Shown one piece after another: positions 19,583 to 29,336 of a DNA stretch of 64,000 bases; position 1 is the stretch's first letter; each line of letters opens with the position of its first letter. The stretch covers positions 672,001 to 736,000 of the forward strand of contig CAXXYE010000009.1 of the NCBI GenBank assembly GCA_963674865.2, read 5' to 3'. The position numbers and the translations under genes were made by a program. The notes beneath the pieces were generated by a model. That model was given only the letters and a program-made list of their open reading frames with translations. It was not told the DNA's origin and did no database searches. The stretch comes from Candidatus Hydrogenedentota bacterium. Its GTDB lineage: Bacteria > Hydrogenedentota > Hydrogenedentia > Hydrogenedentales > SLHB01.

Positions 19583-19601
19583 GCTCCAGGGAGTCTCTCT
19601 A

Positions 19602-21911
19602 ATGAACCGCTTTGAAATTGGCCTTTTTCTGGCGCTGTCCGTAGGTTGCTTCCATGCCGTGTCCCAGGCTGCGGCCACAATCGAGCAGGCGACCTACGGC
19701 CCGGCAAACCACTTCTTTGGCTATATAGGGCATGTCGGCAACACTCCGTGGAATGCGACCGGCAAGTATATGCTCGTGTTACGCACTGAATTCCAGGACC
19801 GAATGCCCGGCCCGCACGATGCAGCAGACATTGTGCTACTGGACACGACGCTGAATTACGCCCCGAGTGTAGTGGAGCAAACGCGCGCATGGAATCCTCA
19901 GCAAGGCACCATGCTGTATTGGAACCCGGGGGCGCCGGAGACACAGTTCTTCTTCAATGACCGCGACCCTGAAACGAACAAGGTCTTTTGCGTCCTCTAC
20001 GACCTCGAAAGGCATCGACGCCTCAAGGAGTACCGCTTTGAGGACACGCCCATCGGGAACAGCGGCGTGGCCCAGGGCGGCGGTTGGTTTCTGGGGTTGA
20101 ACTACGGGCGCATGGACCGGCTGCGTAGAGTGACGGGCTATGCGGATGCGTTCGACTGGACGGGCGATGCGGCCACCCCGGCGAATGACGGCATATTCAG
20201 AGTCAATGTCGAAACGGGAGACAAGACGCTGCTCGTGTCATTTGCCGCCCTCGCGGATCAGATTCGGCCGTTGCGGCCGGATGTGGATGACGTGCCCCTG
20301 TTCATCAATCACACCCTGTGGTCCCGAGACGGGCAGCGAGTCCTTTTCTACCTGCGAGGACACTGGAATGTGCCGACGCCGCGGCTCAATGAATTCTTCA
20401 CCATGCACGCGGACGGGACGCACATCCAGCGGCACGAGACCTTTCCGGGGGGGCACCCTGAATGGGCGCCCGGACACCACATCGTCGGCGCCGTGGACGG
20501 GAAACAGGTCGTCTATGACACGGACAGACGGGTCATTGTGAATGAACTTGGGAACCGCGAGGTGTTTCCGAAGCCCGAAGGCGACATTGCCCTTTCGCCG
20601 GACGGGCGATGGTTCGTGAACGGATACAAGGACAAAGACAGGAACGTTTACGTCGTGTACAACATGGAAACGGGCTCGCATCACATCGTGGCAGCGCTGA
20701 AACGCGGCGTGTACCTGAAGGGGGACGTCCGGCTCGATCCCTCGCCGTGCTGGCGGCGTGACGCCAAAGCCTTTGCCGTGCCCGCAATCGCTCCCGATGG
20801 CTCCCGGCAGACCTATGTGATTCATCTCGAAGCTGACCTCGCTCCTGGCAAGACGGACGCGGAGAAATACGACGCCATCGATACGTCCCTCTTCCTCGAC
20901 AACATCGGACACTGGCAGAGAAAGTACGGGCGTGACAGGAACGACCCCCGATTCCGAACAGACCAGATCGTCGAGATTGCCGATAACATGCTCCGCTACC
21001 AACACGCCGACGGCGGCTGGCCCAAGGAGGTCGACTGGCTCGCCGATATCAGTTACGAGGAGGTCCGCAAGATACGCGGGCCTTCGCTCGAACGCAGCAC
21101 ACTGGACAACCACAGTACCTTCTCGCAGATCGCTTATCTGTCTAAAGTCTATCTGCAAACCGGCGACAACCGGTATATCAATGCCGCCGAGCGGGGCATT
21201 GACTACATCCTGCAGAAGCAGCACGCGAGTGGCGGATGGGCTGGCTCGGATGTGGAAGCCATCACATTCAACGACGATGTCATGACCGGTGTGATGGCTC
21301 TGTTTCTCGACATTCAACAGCAGGCGCCGCATTTTGAGTGGATAGACGATGCGCGCCGCGCTGCCGTGTCCAAGTCTCTTCGACGCGCGATTGAGTGCAC
21401 CCTTGCCTGTCAGATCGTCGTAAACGGTCAGAAGACGGCGTGGTGCCAGCAGCATGATCACGAGATCCTGGCTCCCGTCAGCGCCCGCAGCTATGAATTG
21501 GCTTCAATCTGTTCGAGAGAGAGCACCGATGTTCTGAGGTTCCTCATGTCGCTGCCTGACCAAGACGAACGTACAAAGGACGCCATTCGTGCCGGTGTGG
21601 CGTGGTTGCGTTCCGTTGCGGTCACGGGGATGCGTCTCGAACGCGTACCCATTGAGCCCGCGCGTTTCGAAAACCATACGGCCACCTTTGACAACGTCGT
21701 GAGACTTGATGATGCGGCTCCCCCGATCTGGGCACGGTTCTACGATATCCGAGACAATCGGCCTCTGTTTTGCCGCCGCGACGGGACACGCGTTAATACT
21801 CTGGCGGAAGTTGATCTTGAACGGCGAACCGGATATGCATGGTATGGAAGTTGGCCTCGGAAGCTGATAGAGCGAGACTACCCCGCCTGGCGGAAGGGAC
21901 TCGAGGAATAG
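19602..21911 (+). CDS. Fusion of an oligogalacturonate-lyase/TolB-like propeller and a PL10 (PelA-type) pectate lyase
   Basis: N half: HFFGY, AWNPQQG, GGHPEW, DPSPCW. C half: QHADGGWPK, TLDN, ITFNDD, WCQQHD, ARSYE, WARFY. Confidence 0.85.
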   Translation: MNRFEIGLFLALSVGCFHAVSQAAATIEQATYGPANHFFGYIGHVGNTPWNATGKYMLVLRTEFQDRMPGPHDAADIVLLDTTLNYAPSVVEQTRAWNPQQGTMLYWNPGAPETQFFFNDRDPETNKVFCVLYDLERHRRLKEYRFEDTPIGNSGVAQGGGWFLGLNYGRMDRLRRVTGYADAFDWTGDAATPANDGIFRVNVETGDKTLLVSFAALADQIRPLRPDVDDVPLFINHTLWSRDGQRVLFYLRGHWNVPTPRLNEFFTMHADGTHIQRHETFPGGHPEWAPGHHIVGAVDGKQVVYDTDRRVIVNELGNREVFPKPEGDIALSPDGRWFVNGYKDKDRNVYVVYNMETGSHHIVAALKRGVYLKGDVRLDPSPCWRRDAKAFAVPAIAPDGSRQTYVIHLEADLAPGKTDAEKYDAIDTSLFLDNIGHWQRKYGRDRNDPRFRTDQIVEIADNMLRYQHADGGWPKEVDWLADISYEEVRKIRGPSLERSTLDNHSTFSQIAYLSKVYLQTGDNRYINAAERGIDYILQKQHASGGWAGSDVEAITFNDDVMTGVMALFLDIQQQAPHFEWIDDARRAAVSKSLRRAIECTLACQIVVNGQKTAWCQQHDHEILAPVSARSYELASICSRESTDVLRFLMSLPDQDERTKDAIRAGVAWLRSVAVTGMRLERVPIEPARFENHTATFDNVVRLDDAAPPIWARFYDIRDNRPLFCRRDGTRVNTLAEVDLERRTGYAWYGSWPRKLIERDYPAWRKGLEE

Positions 21912-21984
21912 CCCGAGGCCGGGTTCGCGGCGTTGATGATCGCCTATCGCACACGCCTGACTACAAAGGAAGAGGGGATCGTAC

Positions 21985-24240
21985 ATGGCGCGCGTACTTT
22001 CATGTTGCTGCTTGGTCTTCGTCACACTCCAGGCCGTTGCGGAAGGGCCTCTTCTGCGAGCGTTTCCAAGGGCAGAGGGTTTCGGGGCGGCGACCACGGG
22101 CGGACGCAACGGCGCCCTGCACTTTGTTACAACCCTTGACGATTATCTTCCCGGCGAAGAGGTCCCAATGCCCGGGAGTTTTCGAATCGCCGCCAACGCC
22201 CAAGGCCCGCGCTATATCCTGTTTCGAGTGAGTGGGACTATCGCGCTCAAGACGGACCTGTATATCCGCGAGCCTTTCCTGACCGTGGCGGGCCAGAGCG
22301 CGCCCGGTGACGGTATTTGTTTCAGCGACCATATGGTTGTCATAAGCACCCACGACGTTGTCCTGAGACACCTACGGTTTCGGTCAGGCGACCGGCCGAA
22401 GGAGGAGCAGTTGACCGTTGGTATCTTCGGCGGGAACAACAGCATCATTGACCACTGTTCCATGACCTGGGCCACCGACGAGGTGATGAGCTGCTTTGGC
22501 TCCGTTCACAACGTGACCCTCCAGTGGTGCATCATTGCCGAGGGATTGTCGCGGTCCTGTCACCCGAAAGGTGAGCACAGCAAAGGTTCGATTCTGAACG
22601 GCGACGGGGGCATCAGCATTCACCACAGCATCTACGCCCACAACTCGGCCCGCAATCCCCGGGTCGACACCGTAGTGCTCGATTTCCGAAACAATATCAT
22701 CTACGACTGGGGATACCGGGGCGGCTACACCAGCGAGGGCCCTTCGTACATAAACTATGTGGCCAACTACCTGAGGGCCGGCCCTTCAACGCGCGACTCA
22801 ACGGCGGATGACGTTTTTGACGCGGGCGATGACATGCTCCGCATCTACTTCAAAGACAACTACCTGGAGGGCGACGCGGCTCACACGGCCGACAACACGC
22901 TTCTGCTCGACCTGCCCAAAGGGGTCGACGAGGAAGCGTTTCTTGACAAAGTGATTGTGGACCGCCCCTTCAGGGCGCCCGTAGGCAATACCGACGCGCC
23001 TTTGCAGGCCCGCGACCGGGCCCTTGAAGACGCCGGTGCCACGTTGCCGAAACGCGATAGCGCCGACGAACGCTTGATGAAGGAGATTGCCTCCGGTACG
23101 GGGCGCATCATCGACTCGCAGGTCGAAGTGGGAGGGTGGCCCGAACTGAAGACGGGACCGATTCCCATGGACACCGACAATGATGGGATGCCGGACGTCT
23201 GGGAAAGTGCCTACGGACTAGACGCTGATTCGCCTGAAGACTATGTCGTCGACACTGATAAGGATGGATATCCCAATATCGAGGAATTCCTGAACGATAC
23301 GGATCCCATGACTCCTGAACGCGACTGCACACTAACCGCGAACACGTTTCGTACGATCCAGGAATTGGCCCTGGCGCGGTCCGCGCAGGGCAAGGCCGAA
23401 TTCAAGACATCGAAGATCGCCGGCGAACTTGAGCGTATCGAAGCGCGGAACACCGATCTGCAAACGCTGGACGTGAAGGTCGTGTATGGGGATGACGGCA
23501 AACGGGCCGCGGTGCATCTGGGGGATCGCGCAACGATCGATCTGGTCCGGATTCCGGCGGGCACCTTTCTCATGGGGTCGCCCGAGAGTGAAGGGGGCGA
23601 AGCCAACGAACGACCACAGCATGAGGTAACCATCAGTCAGCCCTTCTATATGGCCGCGACGTTAATCACCAACCGCCAGTTCGCCGCACTCTTCGGCCTT
23701 ACTACGGAGCGCCGGGCCCGCGACGGCGAGGAGGATTTCCCAGCGCACGAAGTTGACTGGTTTGAAGCCACCGAATATTGCCGATTGCTGAGCGAGAAGA
23801 CGGGATACACCTTCCGCCTTCCCACCGAGGCCGAATGGGAATACGCTTGCCGGGCAGGCACGACAACCGCCTTCTACACGGGCGACACCATATCGACCGA
23901 CCAGGCGAATTATGACGGCCAGGTGGCCTCACCCTTGAATCCCGCCGGCGAAGACCGCGGAAAGATCATTCGTGTTGCTTCGTTTCCGCCGAATCCGTGG
24001 GGCTTGTATGACATGCACGGCAACCAGGCCGAGTACTGTCAGGACGTTGCCTACCGAGTCTACACGGAAGAACCCGTTACCGATCCGGTACATGCGGCAC
24101 CAACTGGGGCCCGCGTGTTGCGAGGCGGGAAGGCGTCGAGCAAGCCTTTCTACATCCGCTCCGCGTACCGTTACGCGTATGCCCCCGAGGTCGGCTACGG
24201 TTTCCGCGTCGTCATGGGATCGGACCAAGACCTCAAGTGA
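21985..24240 (+). CDS. Fusion of a PL1-type pectate lyase and an FGE-sulfatase (SUMF1-like) domain
   Basis: AFPRAEGFG, AGQSAPGDG, IIDHCS, RNPR, DTDNDGMPDVWE; then IPAGTFLMGS, RLPTEAEWEYACRAG and PNPWGLYDMHGN. Confidence 0.88.
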   Translation: MARVLSCCCLVFVTLQAVAEGPLLRAFPRAEGFGAATTGGRNGALHFVTTLDDYLPGEEVPMPGSFRIAANAQGPRYILFRVSGTIALKTDLYIREPFLTVAGQSAPGDGICFSDHMVVISTHDVVLRHLRFRSGDRPKEEQLTVGIFGGNNSIIDHCSMTWATDEVMSCFGSVHNVTLQWCIIAEGLSRSCHPKGEHSKGSILNGDGGISIHHSIYAHNSARNPRVDTVVLDFRNNIIYDWGYRGGYTSEGPSYINYVANYLRAGPSTRDSTADDVFDAGDDMLRIYFKDNYLEGDAAHTADNTLLLDLPKGVDEEAFLDKVIVDRPFRAPVGNTDAPLQARDRALEDAGATLPKRDSADERLMKEIASGTGRIIDSQVEVGGWPELKTGPIPMDTDNDGMPDVWESAYGLDADSPEDYVVDTDKDGYPNIEEFLNDTDPMTPERDCTLTANTFRTIQELALARSAQGKAEFKTSKIAGELERIEARNTDLQTLDVKVVYGDDGKRAAVHLGDRATIDLVRIPAGTFLMGSPESEGGEANERPQHEVTISQPFYMAATLITNRQFAALFGLTTERRARDGEEDFPAHEVDWFEATEYCRLLSEKTGYTFRLPTEAEWEYACRAGTTTAFYTGDTISTDQANYDGQVASPLNPAGEDRGKIIRVASFPPNPWGLYDMHGNQAEYCQDVAYRVYTEEPVTDPVHAAPTGARVLRGGKASSKPFYIRSAYRYAYAPEVGYGFRVVMGSDQDLK

Positions 24241-24695
24241 ACTGGCGAGCTTCGATGGTGAGCAAGTGCACTCGAATCCGCAACCGTTGGGTTCCTGCAA
24301 CATCGGTGAGGAATCGTGGTCACGGGCCATAGCAGTTGGGATAACGACCTCGGGCGCAAGGATTTGGAGTTAGACGCCCGCATGAAGGGCAGACTAGCAT
24401 TTGGGCCAAGGGCACTCTTGTGCGAATCCTCCAGGAGGTCCCCTAATGTCCTGGGAGAGCGTAGCTTCAGGGACATTCTCCCCCAGGGTACAGGATAGAG
24501 TACACGGTGTGGTCCGGAGCCCGAACACCGACGCGCCGGGTCAGTCAGTTCGTGTGAAGGCCCCCTGCCGCTCACTTCGACCCGCGACTGCAGGGTGGAT
24601 CCCCGCCGCCGCCCTCATTTCAGCACCTTCCAATTGGTGCAAGCGCCGGAGCGGCTCCCCGCAACTCCTTTATTATCAGCACTTACCGTTTTCGG

Positions 24696-24746
24696 CGTCA
24701 GCCTTTCACGCTGGCGACACGGGCTCAAATCCCGTTGGGGTCGCCA
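24696..24746 (+). mobile_element. tRNA-Glu(TTC) 3' fragment, probable attR of a tRNA-integrated genomic island
   Basis: TCAGC-CTTTCAC-GCTGG anticodon arm, ACGGG-CTCAAAT-CCCGT T arm and GGGGTCG-CCA end. There is no 5' acceptor strand or D arm upstream. Confidence 0.85.
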
Positions 24747-24902
24747 TTTTTCTATCTTGCCGTCAGGAGCAGTCACGGCGCGTCCCCCCTGTCATCGCTA
24801 CCTCTTCTTACTGCGCTACTGATGCCTTTCCCCGTGAAGCGAGGAAGAGCGGCGGCTACCATCCCGTCGCCGGGGAATGGTCCAGGGCCCCGGGGTCTCG
24901 GT

Positions 24903-27419
24903 CTATTCGGCCGCCCCATGGGGCGGCGTATCCAGGTAGTCCACGGAGAATTGGACGGTTCCGCGTTCGCCGGCGTCCAGCATGAACCGTTTTGCGTTCA
25001 TCTCCAGATTGAGCTGGTAGCGAGCCGGCCGCCAATACAGCGAAAGGGATTCGAACTGTTCGGGATCGAAGCGTTGGATTACGCCGAAGTTGCGCTCATG
25101 ACAGTAGAAGGCATAGGCGCCACGGCCGGGATCCTTGAGGCGGTCGAAGGCGGCACTCTCTTCGTCCAGAAAGCCTTGGTTTACCTGCTGCCACATGTCT
25201 CGTAGCACATAGGCGGCCACCGAACGGTCGTCCCTCGTTTGGGTTTCCAGGTCGTATTCGGGATGCACGTGGAACTGATATGCAGTAGGCGTCGCATCGG
25301 GAGCTTGCTGAATGGAGATCGTGAAGTGAACACCCTGCCGGCCGTCTTGCCCGAGCGCAATCGCCTGCTCGAGGTGCGCGCCGTTCGGCAGCGTCTTCCA
25401 CAAACGGATGGAAGACGGTGAATCCACCTCGCCCTGGAATTCCCTCGGCTCGGTTTCCTCGTATCCTTCTTTCCCCCAGATCTCCATGCCCAAGATCCGG
25501 TAGAAGACCCGATTTCGGGCGTGCAGGAGATTGCGGCCGGTGGGTTTGTGCGTCATCTCGACCACGCGTCCGGTGAGCGTGGGCGCCACGGAAACCCGCC
25601 ATGTTTCGTTTTCTATTTGGAGCCCCGGCAGGCCCTCGGTCAGTTTCCGGAGGTCGTCGCGGTATTCTTCGAGGGGGCTCGTTTCCACCACCCGTGTGAC
25701 CCCGTATTTCTTCTGCAAAGCCAGATAGTGCTCGACGAGATCCGTGGGTACATCGATGCGGAGGAGCCCATCATCGAAATGCAGATTGCTGTGAGTCGAA
25801 ATCACGGCCTTATAGGCGCAAAGGGAGGCTTGCTCCACGCGGCGACGTATGGTTTCGCTGCCGGCCATCGATAGCGCTTCGTCAAAGAGGCGCATCCCTT
25901 GCTCGGCCAAGGCCGGGGTGAGGCCCACCTCCGCGGCGGTGGGGAAGCAAGCCGGATGCAAGGCAGCCTTCTCCACGGCGTCGTGCGTGGCGGTGAGAAA
26001 CTCCAAGATAGGCGCTGCGGCCTCGGCATAGTGAAGGCGGCAGAACTCCTCGGCAAGTTCCCAACTGTCGAGGCCCGGGCGCCATAGGCAGCGGCCGATC
26101 ACGTAGTTGCGGAGGTCGCTCATCTCGCCGGCGATGCTTTGGCCGTTGGCCTGCATGAAGACGCCTCTGGCGTGGTTCTCCGCGAAGAAACGCACATTGG
26201 CTCCGATAGCGCGGAGATTCGGAAAAGGAAGGTCATAGCTCCGGAAATTGGTGTTGTAGTTCCAGATCCAGATGTTGTCGGTGATTTCCTTCCATTCGGC
26301 CAAATCGGCGGCAAATGCCCGGTTCTCTTCGCAGTGAAGATCGTTGATGGGGTGAAAGCAGCAACATTCGATGCTGCACAGTTGGATCTGCACATTTTCC
26401 CGGGGGCGGATGGTCTTCGGGGCCTTGCGCGTATACGAATAGGCCAAAGTGCCAATCATGACCTCGGGGTGAGTCTCGGCGATTCGCTCGGCCACCGTAT
26501 TCACGAAGGCAAGGTTGGCGCCCATGGGGCTTCCTTCGCGATCATTGATGGCCTGGCACGCAGGGCATTGGCAATAGTCAGAATTGTCATTCTGGCTCAC
26601 CACGAAGTTGCGCTGCTCGGGATGCTCCTCGATCTGCTTGAGCACGGCGGCGGTGACTAGATCCATAACTTCCGGGTTGGTCACGCAGATCTGCGGCCCG
26701 CTGTATCCGCTGGTGGCGCGGCGCCCGTTGCGGAGGGCGAAATAGTCGGGATTAGTCTTGCCGTACTTTTCAATCGGCACCAACGAGCAATAGGAGTGGC
26801 CAATCAGGCGCTGAGGAGTGGCTCCCCCCAGCCTCTCGTCGGACGTAACGGTATTGCAGCGCAGGCGCGCGGCGAATTCCGGGTGGTCCCGGTTCTCCCG
26901 ATAGTAGGGCCAGCGAAAAGAAAAGGGAGGGACATACGTAACATGCTCGATGGGGATGCGAAGTGAAGCGGCATCCGGGGGCACATAGGTGTGATCGAAG
27001 GTCAAGAATCGCACGCCGCAGAAGCGCTCGAAAAACTCATAGACGGCATAGAGCGTGCCGCGAGGTCGGCCGCCCGCAATCACCAGGGCGCTGCGGCTGA
27101 TATCGATGAAGCACCCTTCCTCGCCCAGTTCCAGGGCATGGAAGGCGGCCCGATGTGCCTTGGCTAGAGCGCTTGGCCCGATGAAGATGCCTTTCTTCTG
27201 GCTGCCCAGCGATTGGATGGGCGGCTCCGAGCCAAGCACCAGGCCCAACAGCCATTGACATTCCTCCGCCGCATAGCACTCGCTGGGAATGGCGTCTTCC
27301 GCGATGAGGATCGGCCACCCATTGAGCCGTTCCAGGGGAATGGTGGCGGCACACGCGGCGGACGCGCCGATCAGCATGCCGAGGAGCGTCGCTACCGTTC
27401 GGACGTGTATCTGCTTCAT
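24903..27419 (-). CDS. DUF4838 domain secreted protein (GH20/GH67-like N domain plus putative catalytic barrel)
   Basis: Signal peptide, RBS GGAGG; IAGGRPRGTLYAVY, PDYFAL, QICVTNPEV, SQND, CQCPAC, TLAYSYT. Confidence 0.85.
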   Translation of the reverse strand: MKQIHVRTVATLLGMLIGASAACAATIPLERLNGWPILIAEDAIPSECYAAEECQWLLGLVLGSEPPIQSLGSQKKGIFIGPSALAKAHRAAFHALELGEEGCFIDISRSALVIAGGRPRGTLYAVYEFFERFCGVRFLTFDHTYVPPDAASLRIPIEHVTYVPPFSFRWPYYRENRDHPEFAARLRCNTVTSDERLGGATPQRLIGHSYCSLVPIEKYGKTNPDYFALRNGRRATSGYSGPQICVTNPEVMDLVTAAVLKQIEEHPEQRNFVVSQNDNSDYCQCPACQAINDREGSPMGANLAFVNTVAERIAETHPEVMIGTLAYSYTRKAPKTIRPRENVQIQLCSIECCCFHPINDLHCEENRAFAADLAEWKEITDNIWIWNYNTNFRSYDLPFPNLRAIGANVRFFAENHARGVFMQANGQSIAGEMSDLRNYVIGRCLWRPGLDSWELAEEFCRLHYAEAAAPILEFLTATHDAVEKAALHPACFPTAAEVGLTPALAEQGMRLFDEALSMAGSETIRRRVEQASLCAYKAVISTHSNLHFDDGLLRIDVPTDLVEHYLALQKKYGVTRVVETSPLEEYRDDLRKLTEGLPGLQIENETWRVSVAPTLTGRVVEMTHKPTGRNLLHARNRVFYRILGMEIWGKEGYEETEPREFQGEVDSPSSIRLWKTLPNGAHLEQAIALGQDGRQGVHFTISIQQAPDATPTAYQFHVHPEYDLETQTRDDRSVAAYVLRDMWQQVNQGFLDEESAAFDRLKDPGRGAYAFYCHERNFGVIQRFDPEQFESLSLYWRPARYQLNLEMNAKRFMLDAGERGTVQFSVDYLDTPPHGAAE

Positions 27420-27787
27420 CTCGTTACCTCCCCATCAAATGGCCCTACCGTTTGAGTGCGCCGGATGCCTTGCAATGACAACATAGCATCGTTTCCGGCG
27501 GCCATACCAATCCTGGAAGCCGGATTCCAACTCTCCCCTTATCTGAGATTTCCCATATGGAAACACACGCGGCCGTCCCGGGCTCATTTCCTGCCGCCGT
27601 CCTCTCGGCCGATACCGACGATGCCATTATCAGGGAGTTGCCCAGCCTGTATGCAAGGCAAACAACTACGGCGCAAGTGACAGCCAGATCATGCGATGAG
27701 GGGCAAACGTGTCCCCCCCGCTACGCTTCTCGAACGGCGTTCACCTTCGTGCGAGCGAGGGCCCACGTCGCTGCGGCCTGAGCAGGT

Positions 27788-29161
27788 TCACATGTCGCCT
27801 TGGACAAACTTGTAGAGGCGCAGCATGCTCGGAGCAGGAGTTGGGCCTTCGCGAGGACGATCGCGTTTGGCTCCGAGCGTCTCCCAGCGCAACATGTAGC
27901 GCGCGCCAGGTTCGTCGCTCCCGCCCAAGTCGCCGCACCACTGCACCTGAATGCCTTCGAATGCCGAAAGGGGCTTGCCGAGCTCCGGCGGGTGCGAAGG
28001 CGGGGTCTCAATGACGCCGCAGGGTTTGAAAGTTTTTTCGTCGAGTCGCCAAGTGCCGGAGCCCACCTTGGCGTGGGAATAGGATTGACTCAGGCCGCCG
28101 CCGGGGGCCGGCTTGACGCCACCGATGCGGACTTCGAAAGGGATTGACCCTCCGCCGCTGAAATCCCAGCGGTAGTCCCAGTCGCTCGTCCGATAGATGT
28201 GCCAGCTGTCATCTTCGCGGAGCGCATTGAAGGCTTGTGTATTTCCGTCGTCGTCGTATTTCAGGTAGCTGATCACGGGGCGTCGTTTGGAGTCAAAACC
28301 GAGCCGCACGTTACCGTTGATAGCGCCGCCGCCCGGCGGAACCGGATCAACGACTTCCCCCTTTACGATGGTGATGGGCAGCGTCACCGGTTCGCCGGCA
28401 CTCGTCTCCCAATGGACCAGATCTTTGGTGCGCGCGTAGGAGATATCGTGGTTCGTGGCGCAGTCCGGCGTGTCGCGCCACACCCAGACCAGATGATAAT
28501 AGTCATCCGGCCCCCGTGTTGGCCCTAGTGCATAGGCGTTCATCTTCCCTTCGCCCGATAGCAGCGGAGTGTCAAGCAGTCGGGACCACGTCCTTGAGGG
28601 GAGGTCGTACACGTTATAGATGTCCGCGCCGTTGCCGCTCTTGCCGTCGCGGTACGCGAAGAGAAGGCGGTTGTCAGGCGTGCTCGAGAAGCGAGGGTAG
28701 GTGCAGCGCTCCTCATTCTCGCCCACCATCGCGGTGACACGCTCGAAACTCTGGATATCATATGGATTAGCCGTCCGGAAGTATGTCAGTGGAGCCACGT
28801 GCATGTTACCGGCGAGGTGAATGCAGCCGGCGTCGTCCGCCGCCATGGTGATGTAGTTGTGACTGTCCCAGCCGACATCCGAGGGCAGGCGCCTGAACAG
28901 CCACTTGCGCGCATCGAGCCTGCGCGACGCCACTGTCATGCGCCGTTCGTCGTCGTAGAACGCCACAAACTGATGTTCTCCCGCCGTGAGCAGGCAGAAT
29001 CCTACCTGGTGGCCCGCCCACACCGGTGCAATGTCGAGCGCGTATTCCGTGCGCACCGCGGTGGAATCCCTTCCGCCCTCAGCCCACATTGTCGCGCTCA
29101 GGACTACAAGGGAGAGCAACAGGAGGCACAGAACTGCTATCATGATTCTTAACTGATTCAT
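27788..29161 (-). CDS. BNR-repeat (BNR_4-like) beta-propeller protein
   Basis: Likely ATG at 29161 after GGAGAGGAG; DSHNYITM, HLAGNMH, TYPRF, YRDGKSGNG and NHDISYART. Confidence 0.8.
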   Translation of the reverse strand: MNQLRIMIAVLCLLLLSLVVLSATMWAEGGRDSTAVRTEYALDIAPVWAGHQVGFCLLTAGEHQFVAFYDDERRMTVASRRLDARKWLFRRLPSDVGWDSHNYITMAADDAGCIHLAGNMHVAPLTYFRTANPYDIQSFERVTAMVGENEERCTYPRFSSTPDNRLLFAYRDGKSGNGADIYNVYDLPSRTWSRLLDTPLLSGEGKMNAYALGPTRGPDDYYHLVWVWRDTPDCATNHDISYARTKDLVHWETSAGEPVTLPITIVKGEVVDPVPPGGGAINGNVRLGFDSKRRPVISYLKYDDDGNTQAFNALREDDSWHIYRTSDWDYRWDFSGGGSIPFEVRIGGVKPAPGGGLSQSYSHAKVGSGTWRLDEKTFKPCGVIETPPSHPPELGKPLSAFEGIQVQWCGDLGGSDEPGARYMLRWETLGAKRDRPREGPTPAPSMLRLYKFVQGDM

Positions 29162-29336
29162 CTCCTCTCCTTGTATGTGGAGTGCAGGCCGCTCGCGGAG
29201 TCCAAGTTTCGTGCGGCTCTCAGGCCACTGCACAAGACAGGCAGGGCGCTGTCATGGCGTTGTTCTTCAGGCCGCGGCTAAGGGCTGATGCCGCCGCCGC
29301 AGCATTCGGGGCTCCTGCAGAAGCAACGAATCCATC

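Noticed and set aside
23530..24240. FGE-sulfatase (CLec-fold) domain as a possible diversity-generating retroelement target
   Set aside because: No reverse transcriptase and no second copy of the 3' region (template repeat) was seen in the window.
24670..24746. Intact tRNA-Glu gene
   Set aside because: No 5' acceptor strand complementary to GGGGTC and no D arm; the T loop is mutated. Kept only as an att fragment.
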